The translations under genes were made by a program, and so were the position numbers. A DNA stretch of 63,070 nucleotides, counting the filler. It is 9 parts of 9 records of this genome, joined end to end, with 100 filler letters (N's around TTAATTAATTAA, not from the genome) between each part and the next. Parts side by side here need not be neighbours in the genome. Positions count along the whole stretch, not along the records: positions 20,347 to 30,844 come from SRR31147125_19455; 8 more parts are not named here. One strand, 5' to 3'. Below, piece by piece: positions 20,348-30,944 of the stretch. Each line of letters begins with the position of its first letter. Position 1 is the stretch's first letter. Under the pieces are notes generated by a model, which saw nothing but the letters and a program-made list of their open reading frames with translations, did no database searches and was not told where the DNA came from.

Positions 20348-21256
20348 CTGGGGCTGTGCTACGACCGTCTCAGTGCCGTCAACCCGCGCCTGATCCAAAC
20401 GGCCATCACGCCCTTCGGCAGCTTCGGGCCTTACAAGGATTTCCCCGGATGCGATCTGACCGCCAGCGCCATGGGCGGATTTCTCTATTTGGCAGGCGCC
20501 GACAATGACAAACCGGTGCGGGCCTGCGATGATCAGGCCTATCGCATGGCCGAGGCCTATGCCGCCGTGGGCAGTTCAATAGCGCTGCTATTTGCCCAGG
20601 ATACCGGCATCGGACAGTTTGTGGATGTCTGCTGCATGGAGGCGGTGGGCATGGCGCTGGAAAATGCGGCCCAGTTCTGGGACCTTGAAGGCGTGCTTCG
20701 CAGGGGACGCGGCACGGAAGCCGGGTCAGCCACGGTGCATCCCTGCACGGACGGGTATATCGCCCTGGTTGCCATCGTGGGGACCAACAAGGCCATGTGG
20801 AAAACGTTTCTGAAATGGATGGAACAGGACCAGGTGGAAGAATGGGAGGTGTTTACAGAGGAAAAATGGACCGATCCCGCGTATCGAAAGTCCAAAGACG
20901 GGTACGACACATTTTGTCGTATTTTTGAACGATATACCAGGCAACACGACAAACTCACGCTGTATGAAAGAGGCCAATCGTTCCGTGTCGCCGTCTCACC
21001 GGTGAGCAACGGCAAAGACCTTTTGGAAAATCCCCAATTGCAGCATACTCAATTCTGGAAAACCCTCCATCACGATGGGCTTGACGACGAGGTCACCTAT
21101 CCCGGCGCACCTTACGCGTTCGGCAATTTCGAGTGGCGCCTGGGGAATAGCGCCCCCACCATCGGCCAGCATACGGCCGACATCATGAGCGAGATCGGGT
21201 ACAGCGCATCCGACATCGACACGTTGGCAAAGGAGGGCATTATCTATGTTGGCTAA
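20348..21256 (+). CDS. bbsE: benzylsuccinate CoA-transferase subunit (class III; 5' partial)
   Basis: CaiB/BaiF fold ([13 protein letters not shown]...APTIGQHT); first of a CoA-transferase pair before bbsFGH. Confidence 0.8.
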   Translation: MGLCYDRLSAVNPRLIQTAITPFGSFGPYKDFPGCDLTASAMGGFLYLAGADNDKPVRACDDQAYRMAEAYAAVGSSIALLFAQDTGIGQFVDVCCMEAVGMALENAAQFWDLEGVLRRGRGTEAGSATVHPCTDGYIALVAIVGTNKAMWKTFLKWMEQDQVEEWEVFTEEKWTDPAYRKSKDGYDTFCRIFERYTRQHDKLTLYERGQSFRVAVSPVSNGKDLLENPQLQHTQFWKTLHHDGLDDEVTYPGAPYAFGNFEWRLGNSAPTIGQHTADIMSEIGYSASDIDTLAKEGIIYVG

Positions 21257-22475
21257 TTTAAAAAGAGCACTTTCCGGTCTTGTGGTCTGCGACTTTTCAT
21301 GGGTCGGCGCCGGCCCCATTACGACCAACGTTCTGGGTCAATGCGGGGCGGAAATCATTAAAATCGAGAGCTCCACCCGGCCCGACCTGCTTCGCAAAGG
21401 CGATCCGTTCAAGGATGGCAATTCCGAAGGACTTGAACGAAGCGGTTATTTCGCCAACCGCAACCCGAACAAAAAATGTATTTCGCTTAACATGAGCCAC
21501 CCCGATGCGCGAGATGTGGCCGTACGCTTGATCAAGAAGAGTGATATCATCATCAATAATTTTCGCGTGGGCCAGATGGAAAAATGGAACCTGGGCTGGG
21601 ATGATGTAAGGGAAATGAACCCGCGCATTATTTACGTCACCATGAGTCTTCAGGGAGAAAGCGGGCCCCACAGCTCTTTTATGGGATTCGGCTATAACCT
21701 GAACGCCCTTTGCGGACTGACCGCAAGGGCGGCTTTTCCCGAAAAGCGGCCGTTTGGCACGGGCACGAATTATACCGATCATGTGATGGTGCCCGGCCAT
21801 ACCCTTTTCGGTATCATGGCCGCCCTGATTCAACGCAAAAAGACCGGAAAGGGGCAGACCGTTGCCATTTCCCAGCTGGATTCGGCCATCGCCATGAAGC
21901 CCACCGACGCCATGGCCTATGCAGCCGACGGCACCATCTTCGAGCCATTGGGCTACGGCGACCCCAACGCGGCCCCTCACGGTGTCTACACCACCCTTGG
22001 CTATCGCAAGTGGATCGCCATCGCCGTTTTCACCGAAACCGAATGGCAGGCCCTCAAGGCGGCCATGGGCAACCCGGCCTGGGCCGAAGACGCCGGATTC
22101 GCAACGCTTGAAAACCGCAAAGCCAACGAAGCCGAGCTCAATGAGAAGGTCGAGGCCTGGACCCGCTCTCACTATTCGGATGATTTAATGAAACGCTTGA
22201 CGGCAAAAGGCGTCAAGGCCGGCATGGTCAATGACGCCCGCGCCGCAATCGAGGACAAGCATCTGCAGCAGCGCGAGTTCTGGTCCTACCTCGATCATAA
22301 GGTGGTCGGTTCCACGCTTTACAATCGGGCGCCGGTGGTCTTTTCCAAGACCCCCATCGAAATGCACACGGCAGCCCCACTTCTCGGGGAGCACACCCGC
22401 GAGGTGTTAACCGGCATCCTGGACTACACCGAAGCGGAAGTGGACCAGCTGACCGAAGATAAGATTTTATTATAG
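21246..22475 (+). CDS. bbsF: benzylsuccinate CoA-transferase subunit
   Basis: [45 protein letters not shown] match BbsF as I recall it. Confidence 0.88.
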   Translation: MLANLKRALSGLVVCDFSWVGAGPITTNVLGQCGAEIIKIESSTRPDLLRKGDPFKDGNSEGLERSGYFANRNPNKKCISLNMSHPDARDVAVRLIKKSDIIINNFRVGQMEKWNLGWDDVREMNPRIIYVTMSLQGESGPHSSFMGFGYNLNALCGLTARAAFPEKRPFGTGTNYTDHVMVPGHTLFGIMAALIQRKKTGKGQTVAISQLDSAIAMKPTDAMAYAADGTIFEPLGYGDPNAAPHGVYTTLGYRKWIAIAVFTETEWQALKAAMGNPAWAEDAGFATLENRKANEAELNEKVEAWTRSHYSDDLMKRLTAKGVKAGMVNDARAAIEDKHLQQREFWSYLDHKVVGSTLYNRAPVVFSKTPIEMHTAAPLLGEHTREVLTGILDYTEAEVDQLTEDKILL

Positions 22476-22524
22476 CCGTAGACCGTTAACTGAAACGCGA
22501 GACCTGTGTATAAAGGAGAATTCC

Positions 22525-23757
22525 ATGGATTTTGCCATTTCCGAAGAATACATGATGCTCAAGGAATCCATGCGCGAGTTCGTTAAACGCGAGCTCTTGC
22601 CCCTGGAAAAGGACTTTCTGGAACGCGACATGAGCCTGTGGACCGTGCCGGGGCCACTGCTGCCCAAGGCGGACACCCAGCGGCTGAAGAAAATCACCAA
22701 GGAGCTGGGGTTCTGGGGCATCGAGGTGGGCGAGGAATTCGGCGGCCAGGGGCTGGGCATGCTGGCCAAGACGCTGGTTTTGGAGGAAATGTGCCGCTCG
22801 TTCATCGGTTTCTCGCCCCACGGCTTCATGCTGCCGCCGGACGCGCCCAACCTCTATTACCTGCACAGCTGCTGCGTCGGCAGCCAGCGCGAAAAATATT
22901 ACCAGCCCTATGTGGATGATCAACTCGATTCGGCCATGGCCTGCACCGAGCCGGGCGCCGGGTCGGATGTCAGCGGGCTGAAGACCACCGCGGTGCGCAA
23001 TGGCGACCGATGGATCTTAAATGGAACCAAGACTTTCATCAGTAAATGCGACAAGGACAACGTCTTTTTCATCGTGATCGCGGTCACCGACAAACAGGCT
23101 CCCACCAAGGATAAATTCACCGCCTTTCTGATCGACAAGGACATGCCCGGCGTACGCGTGGGGCGCGAGATTCCGGTCATTGGCGCCATGCCCACCTGGG
23201 ATCTGATCCTGGAGGATGTGGACGTGGGCGACGAGGCCATCTTAGGGGAGATCGGCAAGGCGTTCATCCCCCTGCAGAACCGTTTCGGCGTGCGCCGTAT
23301 CGAACTGGCCTCGCGCTGTACCGGCATGGCCGAACGAATCATCCAGATGATGATCGACCAGGCCAACACGCGGGTCACCTTCGGCAAGCCTTTGGCCAGT
23401 CGCCAGACCATTCAGAACTGGATCGCCGACGCCACCATGCAGCTGGAGAGCGTGCGCTGGCTGCTCTACTACGCCTCCTGGAAGAGCGACCAGGGGATCA
23501 CCGACCTGCGCGTCGAAGGGTCGACCCTGAAGGTCATGGCCACGGAGATGCTCTGGGACATCACCGACAAGGCCATTCAGATGCATGGCGGGGTGGGGTT
23601 GTCCAAGGAGCTGGGCATCGAATATGTGTCCCGCATGGTGAGGATCTGGCGTATTCTGGAAGGGCCGTCGGAGGTTCACCGCTGGACCGTGGCCCGGACC
23701 CTGCTGCGCCAGAAGAAACCGTATGATCCGTTCATCGTCGCCCGGGACGAGGAATGA
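22525..23757 (+). CDS. bbsG: benzylsuccinyl-CoA dehydrogenase
   Basis: ACAD motifs TEPGAGSD and IQMHGG; LPPDAPNLYYLH and FIPLQNRFGVRRIELA as in BbsG. Confidence 0.88.
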   Translation: MDFAISEEYMMLKESMREFVKRELLPLEKDFLERDMSLWTVPGPLLPKADTQRLKKITKELGFWGIEVGEEFGGQGLGMLAKTLVLEEMCRSFIGFSPHGFMLPPDAPNLYYLHSCCVGSQREKYYQPYVDDQLDSAMACTEPGAGSDVSGLKTTAVRNGDRWILNGTKTFISKCDKDNVFFIVIAVTDKQAPTKDKFTAFLIDKDMPGVRVGREIPVIGAMPTWDLILEDVDVGDEAILGEIGKAFIPLQNRFGVRRIELASRCTGMAERIIQMMIDQANTRVTFGKPLASRQTIQNWIADATMQLESVRWLLYYASWKSDQGITDLRVEGSTLKVMATEMLWDITDKAIQMHGGVGLSKELGIEYVSRMVRIWRILEGPSEVHRWTVARTLLRQKKPYDPFIVARDEE

Positions 23758-23868
23758 AAGGGCTCTGAAGCATTGACCCGCCCCGTTGCGGGAGAAGCAG
23801 AAAATCGCCGGTCGGGCGACACATCCGTCTGCCGGCCCTGAAATGACTTATCTATATAGGAGAATATC

Positions 23869-24639
23869 ATGGGCGTTGAATTTGTAAAAGAAAACCATAT
23901 CGCTTATATCACTTTAAACCGGCCCGAGGCCATGAACTCGCTGGACCCGGAATCGGTCTGCCAGCTGGCTGATATCTGGACCCAGGTCCGCACGGATGAT
24001 GATATTCGCGTGGCCGTGCTGACCGGCACGGGTGAAAAGTCCTTTTGTACCGGAACGGACATGAAGAAGACGCCGCCGCCGGCTGAATGCATGGCATCCA
24101 TCTGGCTGCGCGAAGGGCAACCCATCGTTCCGCACATGAAAACCTGGAAACCCATTATTTGCGCCATCAACGGCTATGCCGTGGGCGGCGGGCTGGAGAT
24201 GGCCCTGGCCTGCGACCTGCGCATCGCCAGCAGCAACGCCAAGTTCGGTCTGACCGAGGTCAAGGTGGCCAGCCTGGCCGGACTCAACGGTACCCAGTGC
24301 CTGCCCCGGGCCATTCCCCAGGCCGTGGCCATGAAGATGCTGCTCACCGGAGAGATGATCGATGCCCAGGAGGCCTATCGCGTGGGGCTTATTTCCGATG
24401 TGGTCAGACCGGAGGAGCTGATGGAACTGGCCACGACCTACGCCGCCAAGATCGCCGGCAACGCGCCCCTGAGCGTCAAGGCCGCCAAACAGGCCGCTGT
24501 CATGGGACTGGACATGTCGCTGGATAACGGCATCGCCTTTTCTCATCTGCTCTGGGGCGCCCTGCGCGATACCGAGGACCGCAAGGAAGGCTTTCAGGCG
24601 TTCAGTGAAAAGCGAGCGCCTGAATGGAAGGGGCGCTAA
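23869..24639 (+). CDS. bbsH: phenylitaconyl-CoA hydratase (crotonase family)
   Basis: TLNRPEAMNSLDPES, FCTGTDMKK, EVKVASLAGLNGTQ as in BbsH. Confidence 0.9.
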   Translation: MGVEFVKENHIAYITLNRPEAMNSLDPESVCQLADIWTQVRTDDDIRVAVLTGTGEKSFCTGTDMKKTPPPAECMASIWLREGQPIVPHMKTWKPIICAINGYAVGGGLEMALACDLRIASSNAKFGLTEVKVASLAGLNGTQCLPRAIPQAVAMKMLLTGEMIDAQEAYRVGLISDVVRPEELMELATTYAAKIAGNAPLSVKAAKQAAVMGLDMSLDNGIAFSHLLWGALRDTEDRKEGFQAFSEKRAPEWKGR

Positions 24640-24642
24640 CAA

Positions 24643-24771
24643 CCGTTTACGGTATACAGTTATCGGTTCACGGTTAATAAAGCAAAAGGCGGCGGGTCAT
24701 TGGGGCGGGCCGCGTTTGAGGATCCACAAGTTTTCACTTACGGTAAACGGTGAACCGACAACCGTGAACAG
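24643..24771. repeat. heptamer-based imperfect palindrome (REP-like)
   Basis: Five CGGTTYA-like units (24643-24677) and five inverted TRAACCG-like units (24737-24771). Confidence 0.7.
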
Positions 24772-24801
24772 AGATGGAAGATAAAAAGGAGGTAAGGCAA
24801 C

Positions 24802-25557
24802 ATGCACATCGCCGTACTTGCCAAAGTGGTACCGGATTACGAGGTGCCGGCCAGTGATTTCGAATTGACCGCAGGACGTGCCCACAGCCGCTACAAGAGA
24901 ATGATCGGTCTTTATGACGAGAATGCCGTGGAAACCGGCGTTCAGCTCAAAGACGCACATAAGGCAAGGCTGAGCATCATTTCCTACGGCAGCGCCGACG
25001 ATATCGCCATCCTGAGAAAAGCCATCGCCATGGGCGGGGACTCGCTCACGCTGGTTCAGGGCGATTCGGATGATCCCTTCGTGATTGCCGCCAACCTGAA
25101 AATGGCCATCGAGAAGCTGGGGGATGTCGACCTGGTGCTGGCCGGCCAGCAGTCGGCGGATATGGACCGGGGCGTGGTCCATAGCATCCTTGCCGGAATG
25201 CTGGACTACCCCTTTGTGTCCCAGGTCAGCCAGATAAAATCCGAATCTGATCGCTGGACAGTGTCCCAGATCCATGAAAACGGCACCCGCGAGCTTGAAT
25301 TCAGCGGCAAGGGCGTGCTGTCCATCACCAGTATTCCCGAGAACGTGCCGCGCATTCCCGTGGTGCGGGCCATTTTTGCCGCCAAGAAGAAGCCGGTGGA
25401 GAAAATGGAAGGCATCCCGGGGACGCCGATGAACGTGACGCAACAATCCGTGGAGATCCCGACAGTGGAATCCGTCTGTGAATTCCTGCCGCTGGATGAC
25501 ATGCAAGAGACCTCGAAAATCCTTTTGAGTAAATTAAGGGAGGAGAGATACCTATGA
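24802..25557 (+). CDS. etfB: electron transfer flavoprotein beta subunit
   Basis: MHIAVLAKVVPD, DENAVE, LRKAIAMGGD, AGQQSAD. Confidence 0.93.
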   Translation: MHIAVLAKVVPDYEVPASDFELTAGRAHSRYKRMIGLYDENAVETGVQLKDAHKARLSIISYGSADDIAILRKAIAMGGDSLTLVQGDSDDPFVIAANLKMAIEKLGDVDLVLAGQQSADMDRGVVHSILAGMLDYPFVSQVSQIKSESDRWTVSQIHENGTRELEFSGKGVLSITSIPENVPRIPVVRAIFAAKKKPVEKMEGIPGTPMNVTQQSVEIPTVESVCEFLPLDDMQETSKILLSKLREERYL

Positions 25558-26441
25558 AAACCCTCATCATAGAGGTCGGCGACACGAAACGAATCGGAGA
25601 ACTGGTGACGGTGAGCCGCCTGTTCAACGAGACGCCGGATATCCTGGCCCTGGGAACAGGGGAAATTCCGGGCACCTTCGGCAAGGCCTATTTCTCTGAA
25701 GATGCCGTGGCCACCAACCTGATCGACGGCGCCGCCAGGCTGATCCGGCAGGAAGGCTACGAGCTGGTCTTGCTGTCGGCAACCACCGTGGGCACCGAGA
25801 TCGCCGGCCCCTTAAGCGTGCGCCTGGGCGCACCGGTGCTCTCCGAGGTCATCGGGGCATCCGCGGACATGACCGTAACGCGGCCGGTATACGGCGGCAA
25901 GGCCGTGGCGACGTTTACGATCAACCAGACGCCGGCCATCCTGACCGTTCGGCGAAAATACTTTGAACCGGCCGAGGCGGCAGGCACCACCACCGCCATT
26001 GCCCTAACCGGAGAAACCGCTCCCGTGACCCTGCTTTCCGAAACAGCCACCGAAGTGGAAGGCATTCCGCTGGAGGACGCCGAGGTGATCGTATCCGGCG
26101 GCAGGGGCATCGGCGCGGAAGAGAATTTTACCATGGTCCGGGAAATCGCCGGCATCCTGAATGCGGCCGTGGGCGCCTCGCGCGGGGCCGTGGACGAGGG
26201 ATGGGCGGATCCGTCCATGCAGATCGGGCAGACCGGCAATATCGTGGCCCCGTCGGTCTATTTTGCCGTGGGGATTTCCGGGGCCAGCCAGCACCTGGCC
26301 GGTATCGCCAATGCCAAATGTGTGGTGGCCGTCAATAAGGACGAGGATGCCAACATCTTCAAGCGGGCCAGATTCGGCATTGTGGAAGACTACAAGAAGG
26401 TATTTCCCTCACTCCTTCAGGCGTTGAAAGAGGAACAATAG
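25554..26441 (+). CDS. etfA: electron transfer flavoprotein alpha subunit
   Basis: VIVSGGRG, VGASRGAVD, QIGQTG, GISGASQHLAG. Confidence 0.95.
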   Translation: MKTLIIEVGDTKRIGELVTVSRLFNETPDILALGTGEIPGTFGKAYFSEDAVATNLIDGAARLIRQEGYELVLLSATTVGTEIAGPLSVRLGAPVLSEVIGASADMTVTRPVYGGKAVATFTINQTPAILTVRRKYFEPAEAAGTTTAIALTGETAPVTLLSETATEVEGIPLEDAEVIVSGGRGIGAEENFTMVREIAGILNAAVGASRGAVDEGWADPSMQIGQTGNIVAPSVYFAVGISGASQHLAGIANAKCVVAVNKDEDANIFKRARFGIVEDYKKVFPSLLQALKEEQ

Positions 26442-28400
26442 ATGGCGCGCATTCCCTATTGGAATATCAGTTACGGCATTCTGATCGATGCCTTCGCCCT
26501 GGTGGCCGTGGCATTTTTCGCCTATGGCATCCACGGGCACTGGAAACGGATCCGACAGGGAAAAGTCCGCTTGCGTGACGGACTTGAAGACCTGCCGGGG
26601 AAGATCGGCCCGGTCTTCGTTCATTCACTGGTAACCAATGGGATTCTGGGGTCGAAAATCTACAAGAAGATTTTCACCGGCATGGCCCATGGGATGCTGT
26701 TTTGGGGCATGCTGGCGTTGGGGCTGGGCACGAGCCTGGTGGTGCTGAACGTTCTGTTCGATCTGCCGGTATTCAACGGTGCGTTCAACCGCTGGTTCAT
26801 GTCGTTTTTTCTTGATTTCGCCGGCCTCTGCGCCTTGGCCGGCTTGGCCTTTTTCCTCTTGAGAAGAGTGTTTCCGCCGGAAAGGCTCGTCACCCCCACG
26901 CCACGGGCCGGGTTCATCCCGCAGATCTGCCTGCTGGGGGCCATATTGGTCACCGGGTTTCTGGTGGAGGGGCTGCGCATCGCGGAAACCGCTCCGGACC
27001 CTCACGCGTTTGTGGGCAATTTTCTTGCCGGATTCCTGCCCGTCGGCGCCCTGTCCGCCCACCAGGCGCTCTGGTGGGGGCACGGGGTGCTGTCCATGGC
27101 ATTTATCGCCTACATTCCCTTTTCGCCCATGATACACATCGTTTTCGTACCGGTTAACACGGCGCTGGCCGATCCCATGCCGGGCAGCAAGATGGGGGTG
27201 ATCGACTTCGCCTCCTTCGACGATGAAGACGCCGAGGATATGCCGACCCTCGGGTGTGCCACGCTGGCGGATTTCACTCGCAAGCGGCTTCTGGATTATA
27301 CCGCCTGTCTCTGGTGCGGGCGTTGCCATGAGGTCTGTCCTGCGGCTTTCACGGGCAAACCCCTCTCGCCCAAAGGGGTCATGGTGACCCTGGCCCAGCG
27401 GCTCACCGCCGGCGAATTCGAAGACGACACCCTGATCGACGATATCACCGAAGACGCCTTGTTTGCCTGCACCACCTGCACGGCGTGCCTGGAGGCCTGC
27501 CCGAGCTGCATCAACCAGCCCAAAACCATCCTCAAATTCAGACAGAACCTGGTGATGGAGCAATCGCGTATCCCCGAACTGATGGGCAAGGCCATGAGCA
27601 GCCTGGAACAGCGCGCCCATCCGTTTTTCAGTACCGGTTCGGGACCCAAGGACTGGTGCAAAGATCTTGTGGTGCCGTTGTTTTCCGCCGGCGAAACCGA
27701 CTATCTGCTATGGATCGGCTGTTCGGTGACCTATGAGGAGCGCGCCCAGAAAATTGCCCGGGCCATGGTCCGCATTCTGGATGCGGCCGGGATATCCTAC
27801 GGCATACTGCAAGAGTCACGCTGTACCGGCGATCCGGCCAAACAGATGGGCAACGAGTTCTTGTTCTCGGAACTGGCCCAGATGAACATCGAGGAATTCG
27901 ATGCGCTGGGCGTGAAAAAAATAATCACCCTGTGCCCCCATTGTTTCAACAGTTTCAACCGTCACTACCCGCCGCTGGGCGGGAATTACGAGGTGATTCC
28001 CCATTCCGTGTTCATCGACCGGCTGCTTGCCAGCGGAACGCTTGCCCTTGAGAGCGGCGCGGAGCGGATCTGTTACCACGACCCGTGTTACCTGGGACGG
28101 CGCAACCGGTTCTTCGACGAACCGCGCCGGGTGATCGATCGGGTGGGCCAACGGATTGAGATGTCCCGCAGCGGTGCGGAGAGCTTTTGCTGCGGCGGCG
28201 GCGGCGGGAATTACTGGGCCGAAGAGGTGGGCGAGCGCATCAACCAGACGCGCAGCAAGGAGGCGCTCGATACCGGCGCGGATCGAATCGTCACGGCCTG
28301 CCCGTTCTGCCTGCTCATGCTTACCGATGGCGCCAAGAAGTTCACCGAGGAAGAGAAAACCTTCGATATTGCGGAACTGGTCGCCGAGAAACTTGAATGA
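26442..28400 (+). CDS. membrane Fe-S oxidoreductase (heme b membrane domain, 4Fe-4S, CCG domains); probable ETF:menaquinone oxidoreductase
   Basis: N-terminal TM helices; CLWCGRCHEVCP and CTTCTACLEACP; YHDPCYLGR; CCGGGGG; directly after etfBA. Confidence 0.88.
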   Translation: MARIPYWNISYGILIDAFALVAVAFFAYGIHGHWKRIRQGKVRLRDGLEDLPGKIGPVFVHSLVTNGILGSKIYKKIFTGMAHGMLFWGMLALGLGTSLVVLNVLFDLPVFNGAFNRWFMSFFLDFAGLCALAGLAFFLLRRVFPPERLVTPTPRAGFIPQICLLGAILVTGFLVEGLRIAETAPDPHAFVGNFLAGFLPVGALSAHQALWWGHGVLSMAFIAYIPFSPMIHIVFVPVNTALADPMPGSKMGVIDFASFDDEDAEDMPTLGCATLADFTRKRLLDYTACLWCGRCHEVCPAAFTGKPLSPKGVMVTLAQRLTAGEFEDDTLIDDITEDALFACTTCTACLEACPSCINQPKTILKFRQNLVMEQSRIPELMGKAMSSLEQRAHPFFSTGSGPKDWCKDLVVPLFSAGETDYLLWIGCSVTYEERAQKIARAMVRILDAAGISYGILQESRCTGDPAKQMGNEFLFSELAQMNIEEFDALGVKKIITLCPHCFNSFNRHYPPLGGNYEVIPHSVFIDRLLASGTLALESGAERICYHDPCYLGRRNRFFDEPRRVIDRVGQRIEMSRSGAESFCCGGGGGNYWAEEVGERINQTRSKEALDTGADRIVTACPFCLLMLTDGAKKFTEEEKTFDIAELVAEKLE

Positions 28401-28453
28401 ACGATGGGACGCGCCTGTAGCATAACGGTGGAACCGCTCCGCTATGGTCGCCC

Positions 28454-28540
28454 GGGGAATCGGTGTCGGTGTCGCAATTCGGTTACGACTACGACTACGA
28501 TTACTGAAGGGATAACCATCGACACGAATCCCCATCCGAG
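28454..28540. repeat. degenerate hexamer-based palindromic intergenic element
   Basis: GGGGAATCGGTGTCGGTGTCG ... (TACGAC)n ... CGACACGAATCCCC. Confidence 0.45.
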
Positions 28541-28580
28541 GCTGATCGGACAATATTCTTAGAGGATCAAGGAGGAACAT

Positions 28581-29240
28581 GTGACAAGCAAACGAGTAGG
28601 TGTGCTGCTCTCCGGCTGCGGTGTGTATGACGGTGCGGAAATCCATGAGGCCGTGCTGACCCTTCTCTATCTCGATCAGCAGGGGGCTCAGGCAGTCTGC
28701 ATGGCGCCGGACATGAACCAGGCCCATGTGGTGAACCACATCACCCAGGCGGAGATGGACGAAACCCGCAATGTGCTGGTGGAATCCGCGCGCATCTCCA
28801 GGGGTGAGATAAACAATCTGGCGGAGGTATCCGCCGATCAGATCGACGCGCTGATTCTGCCCGGCGGTTTCGGGGCCGCCAAAAACCTGAGTGCGTTTGC
28901 CTTCAACGGGCCCGAGGGGGCCGTGAACGGGCAGGTCAAGCGGCTGCTGCACGAGATGGTCGCCGCCGGCAAACCCATCGGTGCGCTTTGCATCGCGCCG
29001 GCCACGGTTGGCATGGCGCTCAAGGAAAAGGGACCCAAGATGACCGTGGGCAGGGACGACGGTGTGATCAATGCCCTGGCCGCCATCGGTGTCAGGCATC
29101 AGCTCTGCGATGTATCCGACATCGCCGTGGATGACGTCAACCGGATTGTGACCACGCCGGCCTATATGCTCGGCCCCGGCATCAAGGATGTGGCCGTCGG
29201 AATTGAAAAACTGGTCAGCACGGTGTTGTCCATGGCTTGA
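28581..29240 (+). CDS. elbB: glyoxalase ElbB (DJ-1/PfpI superfamily)
   Basis: LSGCGVYDGAEIHEAV, RNVLVESARISRG, PGGFGAAKNLS, LCIAP, TTPAYM. Confidence 0.95.
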   Translation: MTSKRVGVLLSGCGVYDGAEIHEAVLTLLYLDQQGAQAVCMAPDMNQAHVVNHITQAEMDETRNVLVESARISRGEINNLAEVSADQIDALILPGGFGAAKNLSAFAFNGPEGAVNGQVKRLLHEMVAAGKPIGALCIAPATVGMALKEKGPKMTVGRDDGVINALAAIGVRHQLCDVSDIAVDDVNRIVTTPAYMLGPGIKDVAVGIEKLVSTVLSMA

Positions 29241-29316
29241 GAGACTCCATGTCTGCTCGGCAATGCCCGGGGCATCAATAAAACGAGACCCTCGTTTTCC
29301 TATCATTCCGCCCACC

Positions 29317-29346
29317 ACCGAGGCGGCTGATTTCGGCCGCCTCGGT
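29317..29346. terminator. GC-rich hairpin after elbB
   Basis: ACCGAGGCGGC-N8-GCCGCCTCGGT. Confidence 0.6.
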
Positions 29347-29421
29347 ATCAAGTCCCTGTAGACCGGAACCGTCAGATATCCATCATGAGATCTTACCAAC
29401 CCGCTTCAAGGAGGTCTCCAC

Positions 29422-30497
29422 GTGCCAAAAGCCATGACACCGCCGCAGCGCATGACGGCGGTGATCAATCGAAAAAAACCGGATCGTGTGCCGGTGGTTC
29501 CGTTTGTCCAAGCCTATGCCGCGCGGTTGGCCGGCATGTCCCTGGAGGACTTCTGGTCGGATGGAGACAGGTATTTCGACGCCAATTTTATGAGTATGCG
29601 CCTGCATGGGTATGAACAGTCCCCGCTTTTCGGGTATGCGGCCTGCGGCCCCTGGGAATTCGGCGGCAAGATCGGGATGCCGGGAAAAAACGGCGATACG
29701 GCGCCGTTCGTCATCGATCATCCTGTGAAAACCATCGATGATATCGAGAGACTGGAAGTCCCCACATTCAAGGACCCGCTTCCCGGTGCATACGCCATCG
29801 CCGAGAAAACCGCCGAGCGCTGTGTGGCCATGGGGATGCCCGCCGGTTTCAAGCGGGAAGCATTTTTTCGGCCGCCGCCCGGGTGGCCGAAACAACGCGT
29901 TTTCTAACATGGGTGATGTCGACCCCCGACGCGGTGCACCGGCTCATGGACAAGGTCAGCGAGATGTATATCAATGCCCTGGAGTATTTCGCCGGCAAAT
30001 TCGGTGCCCGGAACTGTATGCCGTTTCAGGCGGGTCCCATGGAAGCCAATGGCATCATCTCTCCGGCACAGTTCAAGGAACTGGTGCATCCGTACAATGT
30101 GAAGGTGAATCAAAAGATCAGGGAACTGGGGATTGAAACGGTGCTCATGCATCCGTGCGCCAATCAGAATCTGAACGTTCCCTACTATGTCCAGATGAGG
30201 GAAGCGTGTGGCTGGCATGGCCGGTACATCTGGATCTTCGGCCCGGGAACCCCGATCGCCAACCAGATGAAAGCCTTCGGGGCCCATGATATCATCTGTG
30301 GCAATGTGGACACGCTGGAGATTCTCGAGAAACCTTACGCGGAGGTAATCGAACTCTGCAAGACGGCCATCGAGATCGGCAAGGACAATCCCGGTGGCTT
30401 CATCCTGACACCGGGATGCGAATTCCCGGCGGATGCGGCGCCCATTAAAGTGATGGCTTTCATGGAGGCAGCCGAGCGGTTTGGTCGTTACGACTGA
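29422..30497 (+). CDS. UroD/MtaA-family corrinoid methyltransferase-like protein (frameshift near 29850)
   Basis: MTPPQRM..KKPDRVPVVP; ISPAQFKELVHPY; LMHPC; CGNVD; GGFILTPGCE; ORFs 29422 and 29883 join by adding one T in a T-run. Confidence 0.8.
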
Positions 30498-30563
30498 TCC
30501 GGTTGGCGGCGCATCACCGATTCGGTTGAGGCATGCTACCCACAAAAAAGTACTTTTTCCGGC

Positions 30564-30844
30564 TCAATACCAGGAGAAGATCCCGTCGCCGGTAAGATTC
30601 CGGCACACCCGGGCCAGATCCATCAGGTTCGGATCCAGGACATTCATCAATATCATTTCCACTCCGTCAGCGGCCAGCATGGGCAGGAAGGCGCGCTGAT
30701 AGCGGCTTCGGGTACCGGCCTTCGGCGCCCCGGCGGTCAGGTTGGACAGCCCGACGATACTTCTCACCGGACAGCCCAACAGGTCGGGCAGGGTGCGGAT
30801 AACCTCAAGCAGGGCCATATTCTGGCGGTTTCCGTCCTGCCAGG
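30564..30844 (-). CDS. pterin-binding (AcsE/DHPS-like) methyltransferase C-terminus (5' partial)
   Basis: SIVGLSNLT...AFLPMLAADG..MILMNVLD pattern. Confidence 0.65.
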
Positions 30845-30944
30845 NNNNNNNNNNNNNNNNNNNNNNNNNNNNNNNNNNNNNNNNNNNNTTAATTAATTAA
30901 NNNNNNNNNNNNNNNNNNNNNNNNNNNNNNNNNNNNNNNNNNNN
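30845..30944. other. artificial contig linker
   Basis: N44-TTAATTAATTAA-N44. Confidence 0.99.

Noticed and set aside
27816-29399. Long antisense ORFs (527 aa here; also 21297-22172, 24697-25506, 26625-27620)
   Set aside because: Shadows of GC-rich sense-strand genes with no recognisable motifs.
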